From positions 652,577 through 716,576 of the forward strand of contig NW_019217814.1 in the NCBI RefSeq assembly GCF_002571385.2: 64,000 bases of DNA. The letters are read 5' to 3'. Below are positions 12,901 to 23,487 of this stretch, piece by piece. A program made the translations under genes and the position numbers. Under the pieces are notes generated by a model. The model worked only from the letters and a program-made list of their open reading frames with translations. It searched no databases and was not told where the DNA came from. The stretch's first letter is position 1, and every line of letters starts with the position of its first letter. Origin of the DNA: Stylophora pistillata (taxonomy: Eukaryota).

Positions 12901-15429
12901 CACTTCTCCTCCCAAATAGGAACACGATATCTTGAGATATTTTTGGGGAAGATGGGACAAGATCCTCTATCTCCGTTAACAACTTCCTTCGACTCAGCAT
13001 CTTGCAATCCACGTACAGATCGGCAGATGTTTTCTTGGGATGACTGTGCGGGAAAATGTGCAGCGCGATTTTATGCCATTTACCATCAGATAACGCTCCG
13101 ATACGGTGAAATGAAGCTTCCCGGATTTTTAACTCTGATGTTTGGTAGGTGATGCCCAGCCGACAAGTCCGATAACAACTTATCCAGACGGATAGTAGAG
13201 TTTTCCCTAAATCGAAAATTGAATCGGTTAACTTATTGCCTTCGAAATCTTGACTGTCGCATTTTGTTATAGATTCAAAGTTACACTTCAATGTCAATTT
13301 TTTTAGCAATATTATTTTTCTTTTGCGGCAACTCCCATTTACTGAAAAGAAAAAATAATGCTTTTAAATAGCTACTAATTTCTTGTTCACTGTTTACTTT
13401 GTGGTGAAATGAACAGTATTTTCTATCTATCTTCTCCTTCTTCTGTATTTCAATGTAAATTAAAGCGAAGGATGTACAATAAAATAGTGACAAATAAAAC
13501 CAACTGTAAACATAAAACAGTGAAATTTGTGCCCATATAGAAAACCCTATGAACTCTGTCCAAATTTAGTAGTTGAAGAGCATTATGTATGCGACGGTTA
13601 TATTGTTTAAAAATTACTTTTCTGCCTTTGATTCTTAGGGTTAGATCTCTTGACATTAGAATCGAACGCGTCCGCCAAAGGCGATTACTAAGATAAACGA
13701 AAGGACTAACAAAACTTAACTGTAGCCTGTCATATACTACAAAAAAAGAGTGATGGCAAACAACATACCTGTGATCTTGGACTCCATCGAGAAGAGTGTT
13801 CCGTGAGAAAAATCTTTGACCCTCAAGTTTGCGACGACGAAAATTTGTCTGTATTTCATCAACATACGTCTGATTGTGTCTAAACCTTGGCTTGACAATT
13901 CCATTCTTGGAAAGTGTTTTCCGATCTTAAAAGCATCACCAGTCTCTTGAGTAAGGCCCTGGACCTGTTTTATGCCTTCCGTGTTGGAATTGATACCAAA
14001 AACCTCAAATAGGTCTATCTCCGCTGCAGAAATACGATAAAATGGTTAATGAATGGAAATAAAAAAAAAATGGGAGAATGGAACACAGGAACGTATGAGC
14101 TACACGCGTTTAACGTAAAAGCGACAAAAATTGCAACAAAAGGCACGGTGAGCAAGCTGAAGTCGACGTCCCCATACTAAGCGATGCTGAAAAAACTTAT
14201 CGACCGTTCGGTGGTCTGTGGTGAATAACCGTACCGAATGACCTTTTTTCCTTCCTAACAACATCGGTACTGTGACGTCACTGAGTTTATTGGTATTTCA
14301 CGTGATCTGATTGGTCAGAACAAATACATATTTTCTTTCATTTCACATGTTTATAATTGGTATTCAGTACTCTGTAGTTACGTTAACAACACAGACATAA
14401 GAACATATGGACATATTCACATCAAAATTGACCGTCGTTCATTTCAGCACGCGCACGCCACTTACACGTGCGACGCTGCGGTAGTCGCACGATCCTTTAC
14501 ACGTGACAGCGCTCTTTTCCTCTGGGAATGAGCAAAAGAACTCACATGCAGGAGAAGACAATGTGTCAGCAGATCAGGTGCAGTACAGTAAAAACCCGCA
14601 AGTAAGAACCTACATTTTTAGGAGTTAGCCTAAACAGGTTCTTATATAAATGGTACTTAACAAAATTTTAGGCTATTTAGGTTCTTAAAACAGGTTCTTA
14701 AAACAGGAGAAAAACACACCTGCATAACAAGTTGGTAATTGTCCTATATTTTGTAACTACATATTTTGCACTCATTTTTCTTAAGAAAATCATGTTTTAC
14801 AGCAATGGCAGTCTGTTTTTTCTTCGATTATGATTACAGTAAATAATTTCAGTGTACCTGTAATGTACTATATGATTTTAGAAAATAAGAACCTATTTTA
14901 ATTTTCTTAGGCTAAATAGGTTCTTGTTTATAGGGGGTATAAATGGCAAATTTTAGGCTAACAGGTTCTTAATTTTTAGGTTCTTACTTGCTGGTTTTTA
15001 CTGTATCAAAAAGGAGTCGATACTTCTCGCTAGGATCGATATTTCTCAATCTGACAACGGTATCTCTGGTATCAAATACTTGGCATCGACATAAGCCCAC
15101 TGTTATTTTTTTCTAGTCTTTTCTTTCAAAATTAGTGGCAATTGGGAGAAAAAATTACCTATCAAATTGGAAAGGAAAGAAAATAACAAAATAACTAATA
15201 CAGCAGAAAAAAAAAAAGACGAATGGGGTATAATGAGCGGCAACATATTCATCACCGCCCATAATTTTTGAGTACATCATACATCGCGCACTGGTTTTTG
15301 CCTAAACTAGAAGAGAGAACCTGACTTAACTGAATGATTTTGCTTGAACTTACCCGCCGTCGCCGGAGTCAGGCGAGTCAACAAGACCGTTGCAAATACA
15401 CAACATAATAGAAGGTGAATAGAGAACAT
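803..15429 (-). CDS. Thrombospondin, subgroup B type (TSP3/TSP4/COMP-like); 18 coding exons visible, 3' end outside the window
   Basis: Exons on the minus strand, all GT-AG with compatible phases: 15429-15354, 14023-13769, 13206-12869, 12494-12371, 11932-11742, 11478-11397, 11145-11009, 6102-5965, 5780-5703, 5535-5377, 4473-4366, 4148-4041, 3450-3291, 2911-2793, 2302-2250, 1972-1887, 1471-1376, 981-803. Total 2487 nt = 829 codons with no stop. Architecture: signal peptide, laminin-G/TSPN ([16 protein letters not shown]), coiled coil, 4 EGF, Ca-binding type 3 repeats (DNCP..N..Q.D.DGDG.GDAC), start of the C-terminal domain (TDF...IDPAGT.Q..PLW.V). Confidence 0.95.
1376..1471 (-). CDS. Thrombospondin exon 17 (type 3 repeat)
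   Basis: [32 protein letters not shown]. Confidence 0.92.
1538..1770. repeat. Purine-rich minisatellite of about 8-bp (GAAGGAAC) units, intronic
   Basis: Direct tandem of gaaggaac/gagggaac/aaaggaac units, about 230 bp. Confidence 0.95.
1887..1972 (-). CDS. Thrombospondin exon 16 (type 3 repeat)
   Basis: [28 protein letters not shown]. Confidence 0.92.
2250..2302 (-). CDS. Thrombospondin exon 15 (type 3 repeat)
   Basis: [17 protein letters not shown] with a phase 2 gtaagt donor. Confidence 0.9.
2793..2911 (-). CDS. Thrombospondin exon 14 (type 3 repeats)
   Basis: [39 protein letters not shown]. Confidence 0.94.
3291..3450 (-). CDS. Thrombospondin exon 13 (type 3 repeats)
   Basis: [53 protein letters not shown]. 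Confidence 0.94.
4041..4148 (-). CDS. Thrombospondin exon 12 (type 3 repeats, contains RGD)
   Basis: [36 protein letters not shown]. Confidence 0.93.
4366..4473 (-). CDS. Thrombospondin exon 11 (EGF4 end, first type 3 repeat)
   Basis: [36 protein letters not shown]. Confidence 0.93.
4699..5064. mobile_element. MITE family A copy 1 (TA-flanked, TIR TAGGGACCTT)
   Basis: tagggaccttt...aaggtctcta; colinear similarity along its full length to 20353-20725. Confidence 0.85.
5377..5535 (-). CDS. Thrombospondin exon 10 (EGF3/EGF4)
   Basis: [16 protein letters not shown]...[21 protein letters not shown]. Confidence 0.93.
5703..5780 (-). CDS. Thrombospondin exon 9 (EGF3, first part)
   Basis: [26 protein letters not shown]. 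Confidence 0.93.
5965..6102 (-). CDS. Thrombospondin exon 8 (EGF2)
   Basis: [46 protein letters not shown], including the G.G..FA...KQ insert typical of group-B TSPs. Confidence 0.93.
7575..9424 (+). CDS. GT31-family beta-1,3-galactosyltransferase / beta-1,3-N-acetylglucosaminyltransferase-like type II Golgi enzyme; 2 exons (7575-8029, 8665-9424), 404 aa; nested in a thrombospondin intron
   Basis: Short basic N-tail plus TM helix ([29 protein letters not shown]). Motifs [27 protein letters not shown] (DxD), [16 protein letters not shown]. Phase-2 intron AG|gttagt...tttag|T joins the two ORFs. AATAAA near 9748. Confidence 0.93.
11009..11145 (-). CDS. Thrombospondin exon 7 (EGF1)
   Basis: [43 protein letters not shown]. 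Confidence 0.93.
11397..11478 (-). CDS. Thrombospondin exon 6 (end of coiled coil)
   Basis: ttttctag|[27 protein letters not shown]|gtaatg; phase 0 to 1 bridges its neighbours. Confidence 0.8.
11667..11726. repeat. Short hairpin element (ctcgttccca/gg...cctggcaacgag type)
   Basis: ctcgttcccaaggccttttccc / gggaaaaggccctggcaacgag imperfect inverted repeat; degraded relatives near 635-685 and 20836-20892. Confidence 0.65.
11742..11932 (-). CDS. Thrombospondin exon 5 (coiled-coil oligomerisation region)
   Basis: Heptad-like [33 protein letters not shown]. The phase requires the tttgtaag acceptor at 11933-11934. Confidence 0.8.
11992..12290 (+). mobile_element. Degenerate tRNA-derived repeat (SINE-like), about 1.5 tandem units
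   Basis: A-box-like tggcttggtgg (about 12186) and B-box ggttcgactcc (12231-12241). The B-box and downstream segment recur degenerately at 12003-12060. Confidence 0.6.
12371..12494 (-). CDS. Thrombospondin exon 4 (end of TSPN plus linker)
   Basis: [10 protein letters not shown]...CPSPS, a typical TSPN C-terminal strand. Confidence 0.88.
12869..13206 (-). CDS. Thrombospondin exon 3 (TSPN/laminin-G)
   Basis: Within ORF 12788-13309; [12 protein letters not shown] and LYVDC motifs. Confidence 0.9.
13769..14023 (-). CDS. Thrombospondin exon 2 (TSPN/laminin-G N-terminal half)
   Basis: ctgcag acceptor; [10 protein letters not shown]...[20 protein letters not shown]; gtatgt donor; 255 nt open. Confidence 0.88.
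14584..15005. mobile_element. Tc1/mariner-pogo-like MITE (TA target site, TIR CAGTAAAAACC)
   Basis: tacagtaaaaacccgcaagtaagaaccta ... taggttcttacttgctggtttttactgta, with internal repeated aggttctta motifs. Confidence 0.88.
15354..15429 (-). CDS. Thrombospondin exon 1 (signal peptide)
   Basis: [25 protein letters not shown] followed by a G|gtaagt donor; phase 1 matches the next exon. Confidence 0.85.
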
Positions 15430-18400
15430 CCTTACTGATCAATTAGAGCGGCTTCAGAGTCTGAAAAAGAAGACAAATGAGAATTGATTTCCGTTTTAAT
15501 TGGAGTGGTAAAATTTAACAACCTTGAATTACCCCTTTTTGTCATTAGGGCGCCCAGTAGATGTTTGAATACATACATGCACGCTGTGTTTTCGATTAAA
15601 ATCACAGTGAATCTGGCCTTAAATTCAGCTGTGTAGTTTGGCCATTTTTTGTTTTAATAAACTATCACTCCTCTACGGGTCTCTCTCTCTTACTATATTT
15701 TTGACGACGTCCGATTCACTGACCAAACATAGATTTTTCTACAACGTGACTGCTACCTTGAAGGGTTTCATCACAAAAGTCGTTTCCCAGTTTGATCACG
15801 TTCCAGAAGTGACTGACTTGCGATAACGTTTTGGTTGCTATCAGACCTAGTGCAAACAATTAAAGGAATTCAAACGAGACCAGAAAACGAAGACTCCACG
15901 ACCACGCCGTAATCACGGAGACCTACTCTGTATAACTGTGTCAAACTCTGGTGTGACTGATAGCTTAGAGGACACAATGTTTTCAGAACTGACACGAGAT
16001 CTCATTTCAAACGTATCAAACTTTGAAAATATTTCAAACGCGAGTGAAACTTCATTCATCTCCATCAACAAGTCAGTGACAAGCTTTCTCTTTACGAGTA
16101 AAAGTCAAGAAAGGGAGGGAATCCCTCTCTTTGACAAGTCAGTAAAGAAATTATCATCTGAAAAATCCCAAACAAAGCAGCATCCCCCTAAGGTAGAAGG
16201 AATATAGAATATAACACTCTTGACCCCCTTAGGTATGCACCTGCAGCCAATCAGATTGCCAGATAAATGCATACAGCCACAGGTGACTTAACTGCGATAT
16301 GTTGCAAAAGTATTTTACTCAATATTGTTATCATGCAACATGATTTCACAGGGAAAACAGTTGTATTCAAAGACGAAAAGATGTCAGAATTGCAACTTCG
16401 TAACGATTAATTTGGTTTTCGTTTCTACTTGTTTTTCTTGTGGATGTACTTTCCCAAGAAAGAGCAGAAGATTTAAAACCGCCAAAATCGTCGCCATGCA
16501 TCGACTCAAAAACCACACCATGCAGAGACAAAGGAACGGTCGATTACAGCTAGTTCAATCTTTTTTTTTTTTTAAATTCCGAACATTTTTCGGTTTCCAA
16601 AACTTAAAAAAACTTCAGAAGGAACACTTTGGCTTCAAACTCATTCGCTTACAATATGATTTCTACTCGTGCGAAGCTGTTTTTCTCAAATTCACATCAT
16701 TTTATCCTATCTCACAGTCAGACATCTGAACGTGTGATTTTAGATTATCAACAAGCATTTGTGAAAGGCTAAAGGTTATCAGCGTTGGGATAATTACCTC
16801 AAAAGTGGGCAATGCTATCAGAAAGTTAAAGTTCCTTGTATGAATAACTCGGTCTTTTTAACTGACTCTTAGAGAATTTGATTTTTTTAGCCTGATAACG
16901 AGTTAAGGAACTTTGATGTACGCCATGTGCTGATTTAAGGTCAATTAACATCATTTAGAGATCAAATCTTGTAGACCAATTAAACTCGAAGACATAAAGA
17001 AATGGTGCACATAGCTGATCGTCGCTTCTTTCATGGCTATAATTCGCCATCAGTCGTGCGCGGATATTAGCTCGCAAGCGAAACCTGTAAGAAAAGTTTA
17101 AACAGTAGTGTAATTTAGACAGGTTTACAGCCACAATAATCCGTAGGAGAAGACGAGACATGAAATTTTTTTAGCTCCTTGAGTTCTCAGTACTAGCATT
17201 GTGACTAGACTAGCTTAACCTAAGGTCTTTTCGTGACTTCACGCTTGCTAAGAGCGCGTAAATGAAAAGGACGGCGTGTTTTGTTTGTTTTTTTTTTTTT
17301 AGCTAGTCGGACCTAAATGTCGAGGATTCCAATTGTTATTTTCTCGTTTAGGAGTTTGGCGGGTCAACGTATCTCCTCTAGCTTTGAATTTAGCATCGAC
17401 TATACACGACTGCCATGGGGATAGTGCTGGCAAATTGTCTACCATCTAAATATGAGTTAAAATTCCGTTTTCATTCTAATTGGAAAGAAAATTCAAACGA
17501 GATCTATTTACCGTAATCACCTTTTACATCGGCAGTCAAGGATCCAAAAGCTTTTTCCACGTACCGCAATACATGTACAACGGCAACTGTTTCCTACCTG
17601 TTACCCGATCAAATCAACAGTTTTGTGATTGTCTGGCTCTGTTTTCCTTTCCTTTTGAAGACAACCACTTTATTAAAAATCTAATTAAGCAATAGTCATT
17701 CTTCCTAGAGGTTCTGCTTTGTTCTTACTTTTATTCTGTGAATTAAACTCCTTTGTTAAACCATTTGGTTAAACATAACTCAGAGAACCGCCGACTTAAA
17801 TTATAGTAGATATACCGGCGCTTTTATGACTTCTTAGCTCAAAAGAATTATCTAGCTCGGTTTTTGAGCAGAATCATACAACATGAAGTGGTCAAACTTT
17901 TCATGCGTTTGAACCGTTTTGTTTGCTAATTAACACTTAACGACAAGGAAAGTTCTGCTGCACACTTGAGTATACAAGAGTAAAAGACCAACACTGAAAT
18001 ATAGCCATGTACGTCATACCTAAAGGATCCTTCGCCACAACACCGAGTTTTTCTTACCTTTAGGGCGTTTATGTAAACCATGCGGTAATCCGCTGCATCT
18101 TACTATCTGTTTGAACCTCAATTAAAGTAACTGCCCTGAAGGACTGGATCCTGTAGCAATACTTATCTCATGATTAGCTGCAAAGAGTTATCATGTACAT
18201 GCTATTGTGTGCAGTACATTTGTCATCTGATTGATTTTTTTTCTTTTTGTGCCAGGCTTAATAACGACAATTGAAAAACTGTTTTCTTTTCAGAACCCTT
18301 CAAAGCTCTTTCTTCAAAAGTTTGGCTTCACAATAGTGCCCAGCTCCAATCATGCATGCACACTATTTGCCTTCAGGCAACGCTATGAGACCGTGGGATA

Positions 18401-20352
18401 TTGATATTTTTCATATTTCTTTTTGATTATTTTTGAGGTCGAAAAAAATCTTTCTTTCCGCTCTTAAAATAACCTTAATTGCGGTCAACATTCTGTTGAG
18501 ATCATTCGCAACTAAATTGACTCAGTTTAATTCTCTCTCTCTCCCTCCCTCTCTCTCTCCCCCCTCTTGCTACTTTGATCAACATGATGTATTGATCCCA
18601 CGAAACTGAAGGTTTTCAGATAATTTTATGTACTTGGACGAGAAAACGTTTGCATTATGCATAGTTAATAGAGGGGACAACCTCTATTAATTATGCATTA
18701 TGGCAATAAACCTAAACTTTTCTAGAGAAACTTCGTTTTCCCACAGGTTATTTCCATAACGAAAGAGAAGGTTTAAACATTGCAATCACTTCGTCACAGA
18801 GAGTTTCTTCGACAAGCTCGTGACTCGTCAAGCAGTAATATAAACACGAGCTTACAACGAAAGACCACCAAGTGTAATTAAGCCCCTGTTTGAAGAAAAA
18901 GCTTCCAGAAGAAACAAATCGTCACAAGTGTGTTGACATAACCTGTCGACCGGAAATGAGTCTGAAACCTCCCAAAAAAAAAAAATCACATCCTCTATCT
19001 TTTATCACGAAGTTCTCGGAGATACCGCCAAATTTTGAGCCTTTGTGATGTGCTGGCAATTTGTACTGCTCAATGTAGTTTGAAAGTCGCATCACTCACT
19101 CGAATGGTGAATTTTGTTCTGGCTTCGATGAGACATATGTGATTTCACAGAATGTTTACCTTCAGCTCATTAACGCTCGTTTGTAAAAATTGACGGCAGC
19201 TGCTGTACATGACGTTAATTGAGCGAGAAGCTGAGAAAGACGTACTTTCCTATTCTCATGTCACTAGAGAGTCAAAGAATCTACATTTCATTAGAACTTG
19301 GGAACTTTATTTGTCCTTTTTGTGACTGAGATCATGCACTAAAGAGGGAAACATTTTGAGATACGCGTCAAGAGTCAAAGCGATTTTAAACTATTAGCAA
19401 ATTTCTCAGATGTATGCAAAACTTTGCGCATAAGAATTTAACAACAGCACATTGAGAATGCGTCAGTGCCTTCACGAAATTCTAAGACAAATGCGGCGCG
19501 GCCGTTCGCAAAGTCAGCTTCAGCACAGTTAAAGGGTTTTCGAAAGGCAGCTCTACAGGTTTACAGCATTTAGCGCCTATCGATAGATCTGATTAAGAAC
19601 AAACCATTCTGGGATCTAATTACACAGATAAGAATGTTAACTTTTCAATCTTTTTGTTTCGTATTACGTAAGGTTAAAAGTTCGACGTGTAAACTGGGAA
19701 GAAAGCACGTTACACATTACTATGTAGACGCTCAAAGTTCACTGAACAAAAATTAGTCATGTTGTGACGAAAAGAAAACAATTTTTGATTGCTGCTTACC
19801 TTCAGAGCTGACGTAAGTTTGAGATACAAAGATACAAATGCGACGCGAATGCTCTGGTGACACCAAAACCTTAATTTCCAGCTTGATAAAGGAGAGCGAG
19901 ACCACTGTTTCCCTGTCTCGATTACACGACTTCGATTTACGTGCGTTGCGCAAACGCAGCCGAAGCTTAACGAATGAAGTGTGAGAAATCAACTCGAGCG
20001 TGAAATGTCAAAGAAATAATGCATACAACTTATGGGATAGTCGGACTTCCGACAGCTCTTAGAATAATGCAAATATTTATGATTTTTGAAACACAAGGAT
20101 AAATCTGATACTGCAAGAAAAAAACAATGGAAGTTTTGACAGTTTAAATTTAATATATTAGAATTTCCTTATAGTGAAACCACTTGAAAGTTTGTAAACT
20201 TTTATCAGTGAGCTTCCTGGAAATGGAAATTATTCAGTCCAGCGAAGGCCAGCTCAGTCCTTTTTGACATTTGAAGTTCATCACAATTCTTCGAACTTAT
20301 AAGACTTTCATCAACCATCAAGTCCGTTTGAACGGGGCTTTAGTCTAGTTAG

Positions 20353-20725
20353 TAGGGACCTTAAGCAAACCACGACGACGACAGCAACGAGGACGTCACA
20401 AAACAAAAGATCTAATGAGCAGAACAATAGTTAAGCATGTGCATTTTAAAATTTGTAGATTTCTCAGCCGTCCTCTGCAAAACAACAACTTGAAATCACC
20501 AAAATTTATGTGGTCTAACAACGGAAACCCCGCGACGGAAAATTATTTCAGTTTCCATTTGGAACTCAACGCTGCTCACATACTTTCAGCTGAAGTTGAG
20601 GTGTGGCGCCGTGAGAGACAGTAAACACATCCAGCCATTCGCGAAATTCTAACTAAAAATAAAAATTCACTTTTTGATCGACGAACTCCACGGCGTTGCC
20701 GTCCTGACTGCTTATAAGGTCCCTA
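20353..20725. mobile_element. MITE family A copy 2
   Basis: tagggaccttaagca...tgcttataaggtcccta; shares gccgtcctctgcaaaacaacaac and tttccatttggaactcaac with copy 1. Confidence 0.88.
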
Positions 20726-20916
20726 GTATCCATAACCAGAGAACAACAAGAAAGATAAAGTTGTAGACGATCTAAACAAAAAAGGCAATAAATAACTAAC
20801 TTGACAAAATCAAGGGCAACCTTAAATTCAAAATTGTTCTCAGGGTCTTTATTACTCTTGCAGGAAGAAGAGGGGCCCTTTTGATCGAGGTCGCCTAAAG
20901 TCGTAACATATACACA

Positions 20917-21277
20917 CCTCCCAGTTAGCTCAATGGATAGCCTCCCAGTTAGCTCATTGGATAGAGCGCTGGACTGTTGTGCGAGAGGTCGAGGGTTCGA
21001 GCCCCGGCCGGACCAACACTCAAGGTTTTAAAACAAGTGAGAAGAATATGCTACCTTTCTATATCAAGAAATGGTTAGATACTCTAGTCTTCTCGGATAG
21101 GGACGAATAAATGGAGGTCTCGTCTCCTGCAGGGTTAGGGGTAGGAGAGGTTAATTTTTTTTCCCACGCACGAGATTACTGTGTGATGGATGTCCTCCCC
21201 TGGGGTGGTTACTGGGTGGGAATTGGCTCTGAAAAGCCCCCATGGGGAGTGGTCAATTAACATATGTATGTATGCAT
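20917..21277 (+). mobile_element. tRNA-derived SINE with duplicated 5' head and (TATG)n tail
   Basis: A box tagctcattgg, B box ggttcgagccc, 3' hairpin aagcccc-at-ggggag followed by caattaa and tatgtatgtatg. Confidence 0.8.
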
Positions 21278-21300
21278 GTACACCGCAGCATTGCTCTGCT

Positions 21301-21480
21301 GACACTGGGTACAAGGACATTTTGCCGCCAACGCGCGTGATGAAAGCCCACAGCAACGAGAGAGGCGCTGGGTTTCAGGTCGCCCAAATTCTAAGATATA
21401 CCGTATACGGCAACATAGCACTGTTGAGACTGAGTACAAAGGGTTTTTGCCGCCAAAGCGCGTGATGAAAGCCCAATGCA
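21301..21480. repeat. Diverged direct duplication, period about 125 bp
   Basis: ttttgccgccaacgcgcgtgatgaaagccca (about 21320) and ttttgccgccaaagcgcgtgatgaaagccca (about 21445). Confidence 0.8.
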
Positions 21481-22712
21481 TCACCCAAGAGGACAAATAT
21501 CCAAAGTGTTTGTATCGCAAACTTCATTCGGCAAAATATACGCTATAAACGAACGCCGCGCTATTTACTCTAGAATCTAATATAACTCAAGGTAAAGGTC
21601 GATATAACAGATACAAATGTTTAATTTAACGTTCGTCAAGATTTAAAAAGGATTCAAAATGAATCCGACAGAAACGAAGGCATCATTTATTCATCCATAG
21701 CTATTGCCTTATTTTCAACAACTTTTTTTGTTTCAATTCAATGCCCTGTACACAAAGCACAGCTTTGAAACTGTCCCGCTGATTGTGTGTAAAATTCAAC
21801 ATCATTAATTGCTAGCGTGTCGTTTTTTTCTGTCTGAGCTAAGCTTAAAAACAGGTCCACAATTTGTAAACAGGTAATTACTAAAACGTCTGGAGTTTCA
21901 AATACGTTTCCACTTGAAATATTAGAAAAAAAAAAAATAAAAGTTCCGGCGAACACAATAACACGAGCAAGTATGCATCAATACTGCCCGACTAAAGTTC
22001 CGACGACATTTCGAATCTATTCTTTAGACGAGACAATATGCCTGGCGTTCAGTCGAAATCAAGGTTTTGGAAGGACGTTGTCTTCTTTCGTCGTTTTACG
22101 AGGTAGGAAGCACTTATGCAACGTAACTGTGATACGATAAAGTTTTGCCATTCTGGCACGAAGAGGGTCGTACGGCGCTCTTGCCTTTGAGCTCTTTCAA
22201 TGCTATTTAAGCAAAAACAAGGGCTATCATAGATCCTTAAAAGTTTGTCGAAAATCACTGATGCTTATACAAGTGGGAAGAAAAAGGAATTTAAATGTGG
22301 GAATAAATGATCAAGCCATGCGACTTCCCTAATTCAAATTAAGGCCAAACGTGGTAATTTTTCTAGCCGTTAGGATAAAAAGACATTCCACTCGAAGTCT
22401 TGTACTTTGCAGAGAGGTATTTGGTTCGATGCCGCCGTTATCAGATCTGTTAATTAGGTTTCGGCCCCTTCTTTGCTGATGAATGACCTCAGGTCTCAAA
22501 AACATTACACAAATCAACTTGATAGTTGTGAAAAAAAAAATGGATTTAGTCTGGTTCGAAACGGTAACTAAGTGTTCTTATCGTACCGCATAAACGTGCA
22601 TCGGACTAAACCACATCAAAAGCATTGAAAAAATGATTCCTTCCCGGGGAACAGTAGTTCTCCTAAGTCTGTACTCAAAAAAGTATTTGCTCCATTATAA
22701 CAGAGTTACATA

Positions 22713-23207
22713 ATACGTATGATGCACGATCCTCGCAGTAGATAGCGCTATTTAAGCAATAGCGAAATTCAGACCTGAAAAAAATCAGGCCTGTACGGGA
22801 CTCGAACCACTGACCTCTGCGATACTAGTGCAGCGCTCTAACCAATTGAGCTAACAAGCCAACTGAGAGCAGGCCGTTAAGTTGATTCGTAATGAACCCG
22901 TGAAAGTGATAAATGAGATAGAATAAATATATGAAAATCATATATTTATTCTATCTCATTTATCACTTTCACGGGTTCATTACGAATCAACTTAACGGCC
23001 TGCTCTCAGTTGGCTTGTTAGCTCAATTGGTTAGAGCGCTGCACTAGTATCGCAGAGGTCAGTGGTTCGAGTCCCGTACAGGCCTGATTTTTTTCAGGTC
23101 TGAATTTCGCTATTGCTTAAATAGCGCTATCTACTGCAAGGATCGTGCATCATACGTATCAAATACCGCAGTTCAAAATATATGATTTTCATATATTTAT
23201 TCTATCT
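22713..23207. mobile_element. Inverted dimer of a tRNA(Thr-AGT-like)-derived repeat with 13-bp target-site duplication
   Basis: Palindrome 22713-23159 (222-bp arms, 3-nt loop, one mismatch); cagagttacataa at 22701-22713 and 23208-23220. Confidence 0.9.
23012..23085 (+). pseudogene. tRNA-Thr(AGT)-like head of a SINE (mirror copy at 22787-22860 on the minus strand)
   Basis: Acceptor stem GGCTTGT/ACAGGCC, D arm GCTC/GAGC, anticodon loop CTAGTAT. The T stem has two mismatches and the anticodon stem an A-C pair, so it is unlikely to be a functional tRNA. Confidence 0.7.
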
Positions 23208-23296
23208 CAGAGTTACATAAATTGAAATGCATTGTTTTAAATTTGTTTTTGGAGAGGCTGTACGGTTCTCGAGGTATTAGACTATTAGAATTGACG

Positions 23297-23487
23297 GAAA
23301 TGTTTGCAAGATTGGGAGAGAGTTGTTTATTAAACATCTGCATAGCGCGAGAGAGATAGCCCATGGAGGCTGTAAGGTACTAGGCTTGTCGGTAGAATGG
23401 CCAAAAATGTTTGCAGGATTGGGAAAGAGTAGTTTATAAAACATCTGAATAACGCAAGAGATCACGCCATAGGGACTGTAAGGAACT
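23297..23487. repeat. Diverged tandem duplication, period about 107 bp
   Basis: aaatgtttgca(a/g)gattggga...aacatctg...ctgtaagg(t/a)act occurs twice. Confidence 0.85.

Noticed and set aside
16325-16729. 134-aa ORF with a CxxC-x12-CxxC zinc-ribbon-like pattern
   Set aside because: Non-ATG start, runs through a poly-T tract, no splice support; chance or a decayed repeat remnant.
22787-23085. Pair of functional tRNA-Thr genes
   Set aside because: T-stem and anticodon-stem mismatches, and both sit inside a TSD-bounded repeat insertion.
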